From positions 1 to 64,000 of the IMG/VR virus record IMGVR_UViG_3300040856_003054: a stretch of 64,000 bases of DNA. One strand, 5' to 3'. The stretch comes from a virus. Positions 37,405-47,858 of this stretch are shown one piece after another; positions within the stretch are counted from its first letter, which is position 1, and each line of letters begins with the position of its first letter. Both the position numbers and the translations under genes were made by a program. The notes under the pieces were generated by a model, which saw only the letters and a program-made list of their open reading frames with translations, was not told the origin of the DNA and made no database searches.

Positions 37405-39752
37405 GTCCTATTTCAGTAAATCTATCAAGAAAAATACCAACTGGTTTAGAAATAAATGGTCCAATATTGAGTTTTATTCAACAACCAGAATCTTTTTCTG
37501 CTTGTAGTGGAAATATATCAACCAGTTTTGTTGGATTTGCAACAGCTCTTTTTCCTGAGCAAACACCAGCAAATCCAGCACAAAATATAGGATCAATTGG
37601 TTATCAGTGGTATGAAGTTGGTGTTGGACCACTTTCTGACTCTGAAAGGATTGTTGGATCTGCAACTAGTTTTCTTACACTGGTCAATTTAACAAGCCCA
37701 GATGATAGTGAAAGAGAATTCTTTTTGAGAGCAACTCATAATGGAAGTGGATATGGTATTGGAAGTTCAACTCCAATAGCACAAAATAGTCCACTTGACT
37801 CTAACATTGTATCTCTAACAATTTTTCCAAGCATATCAATATCAACTCAACCTATTGATCTAACCGTTGGTATTGATAGATTTGCTGAGTTTACAGTTGG
37901 TGTTGATCTAAGTGATACTAGACAAGGAAATCTTTCCTATCAATGGACTTTAAATGGAAGTAATTTAGTTGATTCTACAAATGTTCAAGGGTCCAATACA
38001 GACACTCTTAGAATTCAGTCACAAAATGTTGGAATTAATACTGTTCAAGTAATTGTTACTCACCCAACTTCATGCATATCTCCACTATATTCTGAAGTTG
38101 TCTCCTTTAATGTTGTTGAACCTAGAGAAATTCTTAGGTTAGAAGGTATTACAAATTCATCAACTGCTATTGTTCAGGATTATGATTTATCAAATGGACA
38201 ATTTGAGTTTGATTATAGGAACTTTGATTCAAACTTAGTATATCTTTCTTTTTACTCTTTGGAAAAACCCATAGAATTAGAATTAGATCTTTATGGTGCA
38301 AAGGGTACTAATAATGGATCTTATATTGGTGGAAATGGTGGATACTCCAGAATCAGAGTGAATATGGATAAAAATGAAGAATTTATTTTTTCTGGATTTG
38401 CTGGAGGATCTCTTTCATTATATCGAAAATCAAAATTAATTGCTACTGTTGGCGCTGGCGGGGATGCTGGATCTGCAGGGAATGGTGGTTCTGGCGGCGG
38501 CGTAAATCTTTCTGGTATTGCTGGTGTTGGTAAAGATGGTGGTGCAGGAGGTACTCTTAAATCTGCTGGGCAACTAACTCTCAATGGAACTTTTGGATCA
38601 AAATATACTGGTTCGTTGTTACCAAAAGCATCTACACCAAGTGGAGGAGTAACAATTTCATGTAGTAAAGGAGATTATTGGGTAAACAGAGGATTTTCTC
38701 CTTGCACAGATATTGGCACTCAAAAGTTTTATCTGTCATCTGGAACAGAAGTTACAAATACTTCTTCAATCACTAGGGGATTTAAGGCAGGATATACTGT
38801 AACATCTACCGGTGGATTGGGATTAGTTGGTGGAGGTAATGGTGGAAATGGTGCTACTGGAGGAAGTGGGGGAAGAAATGGTGCTGGTGGTGGAGGGGGA
38901 TCAGGATATACTGATGGTTCATCGGAAATTGTTAGAACATTGACTGGAGAGAGTACAAACACGACTCCTTTAATTCTTGTTCGTTCTCGTACATTTGTAT
39001 TTGATGTTGAATTTGATATTGAAATGTGGGGAGGAAAAGGTGCCGATCAAGGAATATTCCCAGACCTTCTCGATCCAAATAGTTCACAAAGAAAAGGTGG
39101 ACTTGGTGGATATACAAAACTATCAATGATTGTTCCTTCAAATTATACCTTACAAGTTAGACCATCTTACTATGCAGGTGGTGCATGGGGAGGTGGAGTT
39201 GCCTCTGGATTTGGAATACAGGATGAATGGATGTCAGTTGTTGGTGGTGGAGGAGGTGCTGGATCTTCAACATTATTCAGTTTCAATCCAGTATTTCCGG
39301 GCCCATTATCTTTAGGAGTCAGTCCTGGAGGTGCTGGATCTGGTGGATATGGATCTGGAGATCCTGCAAAAGGAGAAGATGGATCTGGATGTAGCGGAAC
39401 TGAACCCTCAAGAGATTTACTCTTTGGGGGAAGAGCAACTGGAGGTGGTGGAGGTGGAGCACCAAGAGGATTGGCCAATGGTGAAGTTTCTCCGTGCAGA
39501 GGATTTTGGTATGATCCAGGTGGAAGTGGATCTGGTGGATCGGGTGGTGGAGGAAATATAAGAATCTATAAAGATCAATCAATTCTTGATGGATACTTAA
39601 ATCTATTCTCAGATATTAAAATGACATATGTTACTCATTCAAATGGAGTAAGTAGTGCAGCAAAAGTTAGAATTACCAATAAAGAAACTGGAAATTTTGT
39701 TGACTATACAACTAACTCTGATGTTCCTCTAGTTGATATAAGTAATTTTTAA
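37401..39752 (+). CDS. Ig-like and Gly-rich virion protein
   Basis: Two YQW Ig-like domains, two Gly-rich modules. Confidence 0.8.
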   Translation: MSPISVNLSRKIPTGLEINGPILSFIQQPESFSACSGNISTSFVGFATALFPEQTPANPAQNIGSIGYQWYEVGVGPLSDSERIVGSATSFLTLVNLTSPDDSEREFFLRATHNGSGYGIGSSTPIAQNSPLDSNIVSLTIFPSISISTQPIDLTVGIDRFAEFTVGVDLSDTRQGNLSYQWTLNGSNLVDSTNVQGSNTDTLRIQSQNVGINTVQVIVTHPTSCISPLYSEVVSFNVVEPREILRLEGITNSSTAIVQDYDLSNGQFEFDYRNFDSNLVYLSFYSLEKPIELELDLYGAKGTNNGSYIGGNGGYSRIRVNMDKNEEFIFSGFAGGSLSLYRKSKLIATVGAGGDAGSAGNGGSGGGVNLSGIAGVGKDGGAGGTLKSAGQLTLNGTFGSKYTGSLLPKASTPSGGVTISCSKGDYWVNRGFSPCTDIGTQKFYLSSGTEVTNTSSITRGFKAGYTVTSTGGLGLVGGGNGGNGATGGSGGRNGAGGGGGSGYTDGSSEIVRTLTGESTNTTPLILVRSRTFVFDVEFDIEMWGGKGADQGIFPDLLDPNSSQRKGGLGGYTKLSMIVPSNYTLQVRPSYYAGGAWGGGVASGFGIQDEWMSVVGGGGGAGSSTLFSFNPVFPGPLSLGVSPGGAGSGGYGSGDPAKGEDGSGCSGTEPSRDLLFGGRATGGGGGGAPRGLANGEVSPCRGFWYDPGGSGSGGSGGGGNIRIYKDQSILDGYLNLFSDIKMTYVTHSNGVSSAAKVRITNKETGNFVDYTTNSDVPLVDISNF

Positions 39753-39802
39753 TTATAAATAGTTAAAATTAAAAAAGGTAGGCGCTCTCCTCCTTTAAGC
39801 AA

Positions 39803-40291
39803 ATGTCAAAAAGTAAAAAACATTTTTATGTCTATTATTCCTATGAACCGTGGGGAAGAGGTTATATAGGAAAAAGAGAATGTTGGTGTACTCCAGAAGA
39901 AGATGTAAAATACTTTGGTAGTTTTAGAGATAAGACATTTAAACCAACAGAAAAAATTATATTGGAAACATTTAGTAATGTAAATGATGCACTTAGTGCC
40001 GAATCTATGCTGCATTTTTTTTATGATGTAGATAATAATTCTCATTTTGTTAATACTTCAAAACAAACGACTACTAAATTTTATTTTAGTGCTTCCGGTA
40101 AAGATCATCCAAGATATGGAAAAGTAACTCCAAAAGAAGTTCGTGAAAAGCAAAGTAAAAGTATGATGGGTAAAAACAATCCAATGTATGGGAAAAAAAG
40201 ATGTCATAATGAAGAAACAAGATTAAAAATCAGCAAAAAAGTGAGAGAATATGAATTAAGAAAACTTCAACATCAATCTGGAGGTAACTAA
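39803..40291 (+). CDS. GIY-YIG endonuclease, YVYYSYE subfamily, with NUMOD3
   Basis: N-terminus nearly identical to 29395; GKNNPMYGKK; TATAAATA at 39754. Confidence 0.85.
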   Translation: MSKSKKHFYVYYSYEPWGRGYIGKRECWCTPEEDVKYFGSFRDKTFKPTEKIILETFSNVNDALSAESMLHFFYDVDNNSHFVNTSKQTTTKFYFSASGKDHPRYGKVTPKEVREKQSKSMMGKNNPMYGKKRCHNEETRLKISKKVREYELRKLQHQSGGN

Positions 40292-40293
40292 TC

Positions 40294-42672
40294 ATGTCTG
40301 TCAATAAGAATTTTGCCATAAAAAATGGTTTGGAGGTAAATACCAAACTCATTCTGGCAGATGCTAATACAAATAAGGTAGGTATTGGTTCTACTGGTCC
40401 AAGATTTGAACTAGATGTTGCTGGCGGTATTGGTGCAACAGATCTTTATGTTAGTGGAATTTCTACAGTCATTTATGAGTTTAATGTAGGAACTGATGGT
40501 AACGTTCTTACTGTTTTAGGTGTTGGTGGTTCTGTTGGTGTCGGAACTGCTCTCCCAGGTTATCTACTAGATGTAAGATCTCCTGTAAGCACTGGACAAA
40601 CAGCACTTTACGTTTATGGTGACTTAGGTGTAAGTGGCGATCTTAATATTGATGATATCAATCTAGATCAAGCTAATATTAATAGATTATATGTAGCACA
40701 AAATCTTGACATAACTGGATCAGGAACTCTAAATGTTGGTGGAATAAGTACATTTAATGGTTATGTAGATATAAACTCTAATACTGACATCTTAGGAACT
40801 CTAAATGTTGGTGGAATAAGTACATTTAATGGTTATGTAGATATAAACTCTAATACTGACATCTTAGGAACTCTAAATGTTGGTGGAATCACTACAATTA
40901 CCGATGTTACAGATTCGACTTCTCCAAATAGTGGATCACTTGTAGTAGATGGTGGTCTTGGTGTTGAGAAATCTGTTTATATTGGACAAAATCTTAATGT
41001 TCTTGGTAATGTTTCAGTCGCTGGAACATTTTTTACTGTTAATACTCAAGATGTCTATATTGCAAACAAAGACATCATTCTTGGATTTACAACTAATCCA
41101 ACTCCAAATGATGATACTGCGAATCATGCTGGTGTTGCAATTGCGTCAACTGAAGGAAGTCCTTTAATACCTTTTTCAGCATCTGGAATTAACACACTTC
41201 CAGATACTTACAAACAATTAATGTGGTTCAAGAGTGGAACTCTTGGATTCTCCACTGATATGTTTGGATTTAATTATGGTCTTGCTATTGGAACTACAAC
41301 AGTATCTGATGGTATTCGACTTGCTGTTGGATCTGACATAAGAATTACTGATGATACAATCAATACTGTTAATCTTAATGTCAACGGTATTGTTACATCT
41401 ACCTCAGGTATTGCAACTTATTATGGAGATGGACAATATCTTAATCTAAAGAATAGTTCATATGCTGGTATTGGTATTGGAACCACTGGTGGCACTGTTG
41501 GATATGGAATTACTTTCCTGGATTTTAAAGGTGCGGGTGTTTCTACCACACAATATAATTCAATCACTGGAATTGCTACTATCTTCTTTGAAGGTGGCGG
41601 TGGTGGTGGATCTATTAGTATTAGTACAGTCGCACCAACTTTACCAGGTTCCGGTGACTTGTGGTATAGTCCTGATTATGGAAGAACATTCATTTATTAT
41701 GATGAAACTGCAGTTGGATACGGAACAGATGCATATTGGGTTGATGCTGCTCCATTTAATCAAGGAATTAATGGTATTCTTGCTGGAGTTGCGTTCTCTA
41801 CTGGTAGTGCAACTTCTCCAAGTTTATATTTTGAAGGCGATGTTCAAACTGGTTTCTTCTCACCAACATTAGGGGAATTTACAGTAGTATCTACTGGTTC
41901 TTCCATATTAAATGTAAATTCTGGTGGAATTATTGTAACTGGTATTGCAACTGTTCCTTCTTTGAGTGTAACTAATGATGCGACGGTTGGTGGTGCATTA
42001 ACTGTCACTGGAAACTTTACTGTAAATGGAACTACAACAATTATTGACACAGTAAATTTAGTTATTGAAGATAAAAATATCAGTATTGGTTCAACTTCTG
42101 CAGCAACAGATTTAACAGCTGATGGTGGTGGAATTACAATTTTTGGTTCGACTGATAAGACCTGGACTTGGGAAAGAGATACTGGATGCTTTGAATATTC
42201 TGATCCAAATAAGTTTAAAGGTGTTGTAGAAACTGTAGCAGTTGGTGCAACTTATGACTTAGGTGGTGGTAAAGTTATTCTTGAGTTAGATGTCAGAAAT
42301 GCAACGACATATACTCACAGTTTAGCAAATGGTAGTGTAGGTATTGTATCCTTTAAGAATATGCCTGCTGATACTGGTGTTCAAAACGGTAGTACAATTA
42401 CTGTTTTATTCACTCAAAACGCAACAGGAACTGGCAATACTACTGGAGATGTTGGTGTTGGAACTGATTGTACTGTGATTGGTTATGAAGACGGAGCATC
42501 AGTTGTAGGAGTTACTACAGTTGCATTGGTAGGATCTGGTACAACTGTAACTCTTTCAGAAACTGCAAATGATGTAGATTTTGTATCATTCTTTATTCAT
42601 TATAATGGTGGTACAAATACTGATGATGCAAGTTATAAGATTTATGCCACCAAGAACGGTGGATTCCGCTGA
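40294..42672 (+). CDS. Tail fibre protein
   Basis: KNFAIKNGL start, VGIG repeats, GDLWY..WVDA. Confidence 0.82.
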   Translation: MSVNKNFAIKNGLEVNTKLILADANTNKVGIGSTGPRFELDVAGGIGATDLYVSGISTVIYEFNVGTDGNVLTVLGVGGSVGVGTALPGYLLDVRSPVSTGQTALYVYGDLGVSGDLNIDDINLDQANINRLYVAQNLDITGSGTLNVGGISTFNGYVDINSNTDILGTLNVGGISTFNGYVDINSNTDILGTLNVGGITTITDVTDSTSPNSGSLVVDGGLGVEKSVYIGQNLNVLGNVSVAGTFFTVNTQDVYIANKDIILGFTTNPTPNDDTANHAGVAIASTEGSPLIPFSASGINTLPDTYKQLMWFKSGTLGFSTDMFGFNYGLAIGTTTVSDGIRLAVGSDIRITDDTINTVNLNVNGIVTSTSGIATYYGDGQYLNLKNSSYAGIGIGTTGGTVGYGITFLDFKGAGVSTTQYNSITGIATIFFEGGGGGGSISISTVAPTLPGSGDLWYSPDYGRTFIYYDETAVGYGTDAYWVDAAPFNQGINGILAGVAFSTGSATSPSLYFEGDVQTGFFSPTLGEFTVVSTGSSILNVNSGGIIVTGIATVPSLSVTNDATVGGALTVTGNFTVNGTTTIIDTVNLVIEDKNISIGSTSAATDLTADGGGITIFGSTDKTWTWERDTGCFEYSDPNKFKGVVETVAVGATYDLGGGKVILELDVRNATTYTHSLANGSVGIVSFKNMPADTGVQNGSTITVLFTQNATGTGNTTGDVGVGTDCTVIGYEDGASVVGVTTVALVGSGTTVTLSETANDVDFVSFFIHYNGGTNTDDASYKIYATKNGGFR
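40722..40889 (+). repeat. Perfect 72-bp tandem repeat (~2.3 copies) within the fibre gene
   Basis: Units start at 40722, 40794 and 40866; encodes GTLNVGGISTFNGYVDINSNTDIL. Confidence 0.95.
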
Positions 42673-42684
42673 TAAGAGGTAGAT

Positions 42685-43857
42685 ATGGCTCCTATTTTTA
42701 CTGGTTTTAGATTTGGGTTTGGTTCTGGTGGTGATGCAATTGTAAATAATTATTTTGGTGATGGTAGTGATGGTGCATTAAACACTAGTGGAAATGTCAC
42801 ATATACTGTATCAAATAAATCTGGAAGTTATGATGGAGACACCGTTGTATTACAATATTCTTCATTAACTGTCAATACTGGTCACATTTTAACAGTTGAT
42901 CAACCTTGCAGGGGATTAGTAATTTATGTTAATGGAAATTGTACTATAAATGGTACAATTAGTATGACATCAAAAGGTGGAAAATCCGATCCGACTTTGA
43001 GTGGGGGTAGTGATTCGTCAACAGTAAGTCCACTAGGTCTCAGGTGGATATTTAAAACACCTACACCAAATGGAGATTCTTTAACCATATCACCAGATCT
43101 TTATTCTGGTTGTGGAAACTTACTCAGAAGTGTTGCAGGTTCTGCTACTCCCATTTCTGATGGAACTATAATGGGAATATCAAGAGATGGATATGGACAA
43201 CCATCTAGACCAGGTGGAGATTCTGGTGGTTTTAATGGAGTATCTTGGACATTTACAAATCCATTTATAGTTGGGTCCGGTTCTGGTGGTGGTGGTGCTT
43301 CACTTCAAAATGGAGCTCCTTATCCTGGAACGGCTGGTGAAGGTGGTCTTGGTGGATGTTTTAGTGGAGGTGCTGGCGGCGGTGCTGCTGGTGGTCCTCC
43401 CTTTCCTGGACCTCTACCAGGCGGTGAAAACTATGGTGGGGCCGGCGGAGCTGCTTATGTTGGAACTAGTTATGCTCCTGCTTATGGTGCAGGTGGTGTT
43501 GGAAATCCTCCTGGAGCTAATGGTGGAGGAACTCCATCTCCTGTAACATCTTATGGAACGGGTGTTGGTGGAATGATAGTTTTAATTGTAGGCGGCACTT
43601 TGACACTTGGTGCATCTGCAAGTATTCAGGCAAAAGGAATCAGAGGACAAACCGTAAATCCTCCTGTTTATTATGGGAAGCCAGGTGGAGCGTCTGGAGG
43701 TGGAAATATAATGATAGTTGCAAAATCTTTCAGTGGTGCAACAGCAGGATCTTATGTTGGTGCAGACCCAACAAGTAAAATTGATGCCGATGGAGGTAGT
43801 GGCAATCCTGGCGGTAATGGTGGTAATGGAGGAATTTTGCTAGCGGAAGTTACCTAA
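42685..43857 (+). CDS. Gly-rich virion/fibre-tip protein
   Basis: FGDGSDG start, poly-Gly segments. Confidence 0.8.
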   Translation: MAPIFTGFRFGFGSGGDAIVNNYFGDGSDGALNTSGNVTYTVSNKSGSYDGDTVVLQYSSLTVNTGHILTVDQPCRGLVIYVNGNCTINGTISMTSKGGKSDPTLSGGSDSSTVSPLGLRWIFKTPTPNGDSLTISPDLYSGCGNLLRSVAGSATPISDGTIMGISRDGYGQPSRPGGDSGGFNGVSWTFTNPFIVGSGSGGGGASLQNGAPYPGTAGEGGLGGCFSGGAGGGAAGGPPFPGPLPGGENYGGAGGAAYVGTSYAPAYGAGGVGNPPGANGGGTPSPVTSYGTGVGGMIVLIVGGTLTLGASASIQAKGIRGQTVNPPVYYGKPGGASGGGNIMIVAKSFSGATAGSYVGADPTSKIDADGGSGNPGGNGGNGGILLAEVT

Positions 43858-43876
43858 GATAAATGTAAAAATTATT

Positions 43877-43905
43877 TGACACTTCTAGAAAGTTTCTATA
43901 TAATA
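43877..43905 (+). promoter_or_regulatory. Consensus sigma70 promoter
   Basis: TTGACA..TATAAT upstream of the oxygenase genes. Confidence 0.8.
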
Positions 43906-43937
43906 GCGTTGAAGACATTATAGGGAGATGAAATCCG

Positions 43938-44558
43938 GTGGCGATGCAATCAATCTGGTACTACACTGACTTAAATCCAGAAATCATAGATATTCTGGAA
44001 CGAGACCTTTCAGAAAAGTTCGAAGAGCAAATGGCGGACAGTCGTTTACACGGCGACGCATTAAACAAAGATAAAAGAAACTCACAAAACGCCTGGATTC
44101 CAACAACTCATTGGGTTGGTGGATTTGTATGGCATTATATTGAACGAGCAAACCGTGAGAACTTCCTGTATGACCTCCGTTGTATTGATGGAGAATCTAT
44201 GCAGTTCACTAAGTATAGTGAAGGGCAGTTCTATGGTTGGCATAATGATGCAGGACTTGCGACTCAATACAAACCTGTAAGTGTCGGTAATCGTCAAGAT
44301 GGTCTTGCACAAGATTTCTTGAATGAGAACATTGAACTTGTGCGTAAACTTTCATTTGTGGTACAACTAAGTGACCCTGATGATTACGAGGGTGGCAACC
44401 TGCAACTTCTTGATGAGGCAGGACAGAGTTACATTGCACCTCGTAAGCGTGGCACTGTGATTCTGTTTGATTCTCGCACACAACATAGAGTTCTTAAAGT
44501 TACAAAAGGAACCCGTAAGTCACTGGTTGGCTGGACGGTGGGCTCGCGTTGGAAATAG
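43938..44558 (+). CDS. 2OG-Fe(II) oxygenase (prolyl-hydroxylase-like)
   Basis: YGWHND, RKLS, YEGG, HRV..VTKGTRKSLVGW. Confidence 0.92.
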   Translation: MAMQSIWYYTDLNPEIIDILERDLSEKFEEQMADSRLHGDALNKDKRNSQNAWIPTTHWVGGFVWHYIERANRENFLYDLRCIDGESMQFTKYSEGQFYGWHNDAGLATQYKPVSVGNRQDGLAQDFLNENIELVRKLSFVVQLSDPDDYEGGNLQLLDEAGQSYIAPRKRGTVILFDSRTQHRVLKVTKGTRKSLVGWTVGSRWK

Positions 44559-44594
44559 GACCCCGATGGAAGTAACACTATAAGAGGTTAAATT

Positions 44595-45317
44595 ATGGCA
44601 GAACAAATGAGCGAACTGCAACTGATGATGCAGGAAAGGATGAATACGGGAACTGCATGGACTCGTAACGAATCCTTTGAAAAGAATGGATATTTGGTGA
44701 TTAAAAATCTGTGGGACCCAGAAGAACTTTATCATCCTCTTCCACAAGAACGTGGACAGATGAACTGGTGGGGTAAAAAAATGGACCAGTTTACTCATAG
44801 TGAAGTGGAAATGCAAGTTGAAGGTTCACTTGCGCGTTATTGGCACCCACAATACCGTCAGATTCATTGTGGTATTCGCACAAAACTAGAAGAAGCACTG
44901 GGTCGTAAACTTTATAATACTTATTATTACGATCGCTACTACTTCCCAGGTCAGGAACTTACACGTCACGCAGACCGTGATGCTTGTGAGATTTCAGTAA
45001 CAGTTCATATCAGCACTAACCTAGAAGGAAATGATGGTGATTGGCCTATCTGGATTAAAACTCCCGATACCTATGCTGATAAGAAAAAGACACAAGTTCT
45101 AGTTCCTGGTGAGAATCGCTCTGTGATTCTGAAAGCAGGTGACGGAATGGTTTACAAAGGTTGCGAACGCCCACACTGGCGTGATGTGATGCCTGATGCA
45201 AAAAGACGTAAGAAACTGTTTGGTAAGAGTCCTGAACTTTACTATCACCAAATCTTTTTTCATTATGTCTTACAAGATGGCCAACGTGCTCAATGTGCTT
45301 GGGATCGTGCCCGGTAG
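44595..45317 (+). CDS. 2OG-Fe(II) oxygenase
   Basis: HADRDACEIS, GDGMVYKGCERPHWR, QIFFHY. Confidence 0.88.
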   Translation: MAEQMSELQLMMQERMNTGTAWTRNESFEKNGYLVIKNLWDPEELYHPLPQERGQMNWWGKKMDQFTHSEVEMQVEGSLARYWHPQYRQIHCGIRTKLEEALGRKLYNTYYYDRYYFPGQELTRHADRDACEISVTVHISTNLEGNDGDWPIWIKTPDTYADKKKTQVLVPGENRSVILKAGDGMVYKGCERPHWRDVMPDAKRRKKLFGKSPELYYHQIFFHYVLQDGQRAQCAWDRAR

Positions 45318-45392
45318 AGATAAATAATATGACTGACTGGTTGTCACTATTGTAGTCGAATAAATAACTAAAAGAGATTATAGCGAAAAGAA

Positions 45393-46148
45393 GTGGCACT
45401 TAATTTTCCTAGTTCTCCTACCATAGGAGATGTTTATACCGATACAACATCAGGGTTCTCCTATGAGTGGGACGGTACTGTATGGAAGAGTTATACACCA
45501 GCAAGTTCAAGTAATATTAGAGTATTAGATGATATTTCTGGTTCTTTTAATGGAAGTCAAAATACATTTTCACTTACTGTTTTAGGAACAGCATTAACAC
45601 CAACAAATGCACAACAACTTAGAATAGTTCTTGGTGGTGTTGTGCAGGGCCCAGGTACTGATTACACCGTAAGTGGTTCAAGTATATCTTTTACAACACC
45701 TCCAACAGGAGGTCTTTCTTTCTCTGGAGTATCTTTAGGACCTTCAATTCCTGTAAGTGTTCCTGGTGATGGAACTGTAACACCTGCAAAATTATCAACA
45801 GGTGGACCTTTTTGGAATACAAATGGGGATCTTTACATTGCTGGTATTAATACTATTCAGACATTAGATGTCAATGGTTCCGCTGATTTATCGCAATTAA
45901 ATGTAACTGGAGTTTCCACCGTTGGTATTGTCACTGGTGCGACTTATTATGGTGACGGATCAAACCTAACTGGTGTCATCAGTGGTGTAGGAATTGCAAC
46001 CGAATCCGGACTTGTAGGATCTGGAGCAACAGTTCTTGACTTTAGGGGAGCAGGGATTTCTACAGTCACTGTTTCTTCTGGTATTGCAACCGTTAATATT
46101 GAGGGTGGTGATGTTGGAATTAATCCTATTAATTATATTATATTTTAA
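45393..46148 (+). CDS. Tail fibre-like protein
   Basis: ALNFPSSPT..WDGTVW, LDDISGSFNG, YYGDGSNLTG. Confidence 0.8.
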   Translation: MALNFPSSPTIGDVYTDTTSGFSYEWDGTVWKSYTPASSSNIRVLDDISGSFNGSQNTFSLTVLGTALTPTNAQQLRIVLGGVVQGPGTDYTVSGSSISFTTPPTGGLSFSGVSLGPSIPVSVPGDGTVTPAKLSTGGPFWNTNGDLYIAGINTIQTLDVNGSADLSQLNVTGVSTVGIVTGATYYGDGSNLTGVISGVGIATESGLVGSGATVLDFRGAGISTVTVSSGIATVNIEGGDVGINPINYIIF

Positions 46149-46174
46149 TTCTAAATAAAATAAAGTAGAAAAAA

Positions 46175-46549
46175 ATGGCAGCACCAAACATAGTTAGAGT
46201 ATCTTCAATTATTGGGATGACGACAGCAGTAGGATTAAGCACTACTACAGATGTTGTTTTTCTTTCAAATGGAGCTTCTAGTGGGAAGGTTTTTAAAATT
46301 AATACGATAACAGCAACAAATATTGATGGAACAGATAATGCAGATATTACTGTGAGATATAATTTATCTGCAGCGGGTGCAGGTAGTTCTGTTCCTATTG
46401 CATATACTATTAGCGTTCCTGCAGATTCTTCTCTTGTTATTATTGGAAAAGATACACCAATGTATCTTGAAGAAAATAGGTCACTCACTGCACAATCATC
46501 TGCAATAGATGATATTGCTATTATGTGCTCGTATGAAGAAATTTTTTAA
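46175..46549 (+). CDS. Virion-associated protein
   Basis: MAAPNIV..ISVPADSSL..YLEE..SYEEI. Confidence 0.7.
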   Translation: MAAPNIVRVSSIIGMTTAVGLSTTTDVVFLSNGASSGKVFKINTITATNIDGTDNADITVRYNLSAAGAGSSVPIAYTISVPADSSLVIIGKDTPMYLEENRSLTAQSSAIDDIAIMCSYEEIF

Positions 46550-46570
46550 TATAATTGAGGAAATAAAAAA

Positions 46571-47440
46571 ATGACCAAATATGTAGGAAATTATATTGGA
46601 TTTTCTAGTAATCCAAGCTTATATCAAGCTAGTGGTATTTGGAATAAATTTAATCAATATTTTTATAAAAAATTAAAGAGTTGGCCATATGCTGATGTTT
46701 ACATTGGTGGTGGTGAAGTTGGAATAACTTCTTCTGTCGATAATTATAATTATATTGCATTTAAATCTCCTGGATTTTTAAATGTAGCAAACATAAATCC
46801 CCAGGTTTCAATTGATTATTATGTTATAGCTGGAGGTGGTGGTGGTTCAGGTGGCGGTGGTGGTGCAGGTGGTGTTATATCTGGAACTATTCCAGGAGCA
46901 TCTATTGGAATAGGATCCTATCCGGTAACAGTTGGTGCTGCAGGAAATCCTAGCACCATAATTATTGGAACTGCATTTACCGCAACTGCTGGAGGTAGTG
47001 GAGGATCATATGGATGCGGTGGTAACGGAGGGCCTGGAGGTTCTGGAGGGGGTGGTAGGGCATATTGTGGTGGTGGCCCAAACCCTGCAGGAGCAGGAAT
47101 TCCGGGGCAGGGCAATCCGGGAGGAGATGGGAATACTTCACCACCTTATGGTGGAGGTGGCGGTGGTGGAAAAGGTGCATCTGGTCAGCCTGGAGGAAGT
47201 CATCCTTTAGGTGGAATTGGTGGTGCAGGTATTGGATACACTCAATTTCCTGCGTCCGTTGGTACTCCAGGACCAGATCCAAGCAGAAGATATTTTGCGT
47301 CTGGTGGAAGTGGAAGATCTGATTCTGGCGCTAGAAGTCCTGTTGGTTATGGAACTGGACCAAATAGTGGGGGTGGTGGTAGTGCAGGAGGCGAAGCTGC
47401 AGGATCTGGTATTGTTATAATTAGGTGGTATTTTAATTAA
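46571..47440 (+). CDS. Gly-rich domain protein
   Basis: VIAGGGGG..GSGIVIIRW. Confidence 0.8.
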   Translation: MTKYVGNYIGFSSNPSLYQASGIWNKFNQYFYKKLKSWPYADVYIGGGEVGITSSVDNYNYIAFKSPGFLNVANINPQVSIDYYVIAGGGGGSGGGGGAGGVISGTIPGASIGIGSYPVTVGAAGNPSTIIIGTAFTATAGGSGGSYGCGGNGGPGGSGGGGRAYCGGGPNPAGAGIPGQGNPGGDGNTSPPYGGGGGGGKGASGQPGGSHPLGGIGGAGIGYTQFPASVGTPGPDPSRRYFASGGSGRSDSGARSPVGYGTGPNSGGGGSAGGEAAGSGIVIIRWYFN

Positions 47441-47813
47441 AATATATTGGTTTCCAGTTGTCTAATTCATTATCCCAAATATAATCAGTAGCACCTTCTT
47501 TTGGTTTTTCTATAGGTGGTTCCCATTCTTTTTTCTCCGTATTTAGAATCCAAGAATCGTCCTGTTTTGGTGGAATAAACGCATCTAATTCATCACTATA
47601 AGAGTAACCAGGCCAAGCAAACTTACTTCTAAAATTGTTATTAAAACTTGTTTGTATCCAACGATCACCTACTGATTCTGAAATTGTAGAATAAAGATGT
47701 GGTAATGCTCTTTCTTCATGTTCTACACCATTCTCATCAGTAATCATCTCATTTGGAATTGGAGTTACATAAGTAACAATATTGTCAGCATTAACTCTTG
47801 CGTAGTGTGCCAT
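47433..47813 (-). CDS. MAHY/FA-family fibre-associated protein
   Basis: WIQTSFN..DAFIPP..W..P; paralog of 48660. Confidence 0.8.
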   Translation of the reverse strand: MAHYARVNADNIVTYVTPIPNEMITDENGVEHEERALPHLYSTISESVGDRWIQTSFNNNFRSKFAWPGYSYSDELDAFIPPKQDDSWILNTEKKEWEPPIEKPKEGATDYIWDNELDNWKPIYFN

Positions 47814-47858
47814 ATTTAAATATAATGCATATAAATTTCTAAAAATTATTTAGACCCC

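Noticed and set aside
38321-39582. Pro-rich minus-strand ORFs (also at 26070 and 46918)
   Set aside because: Antisense products of GGN-rich glycine codons.
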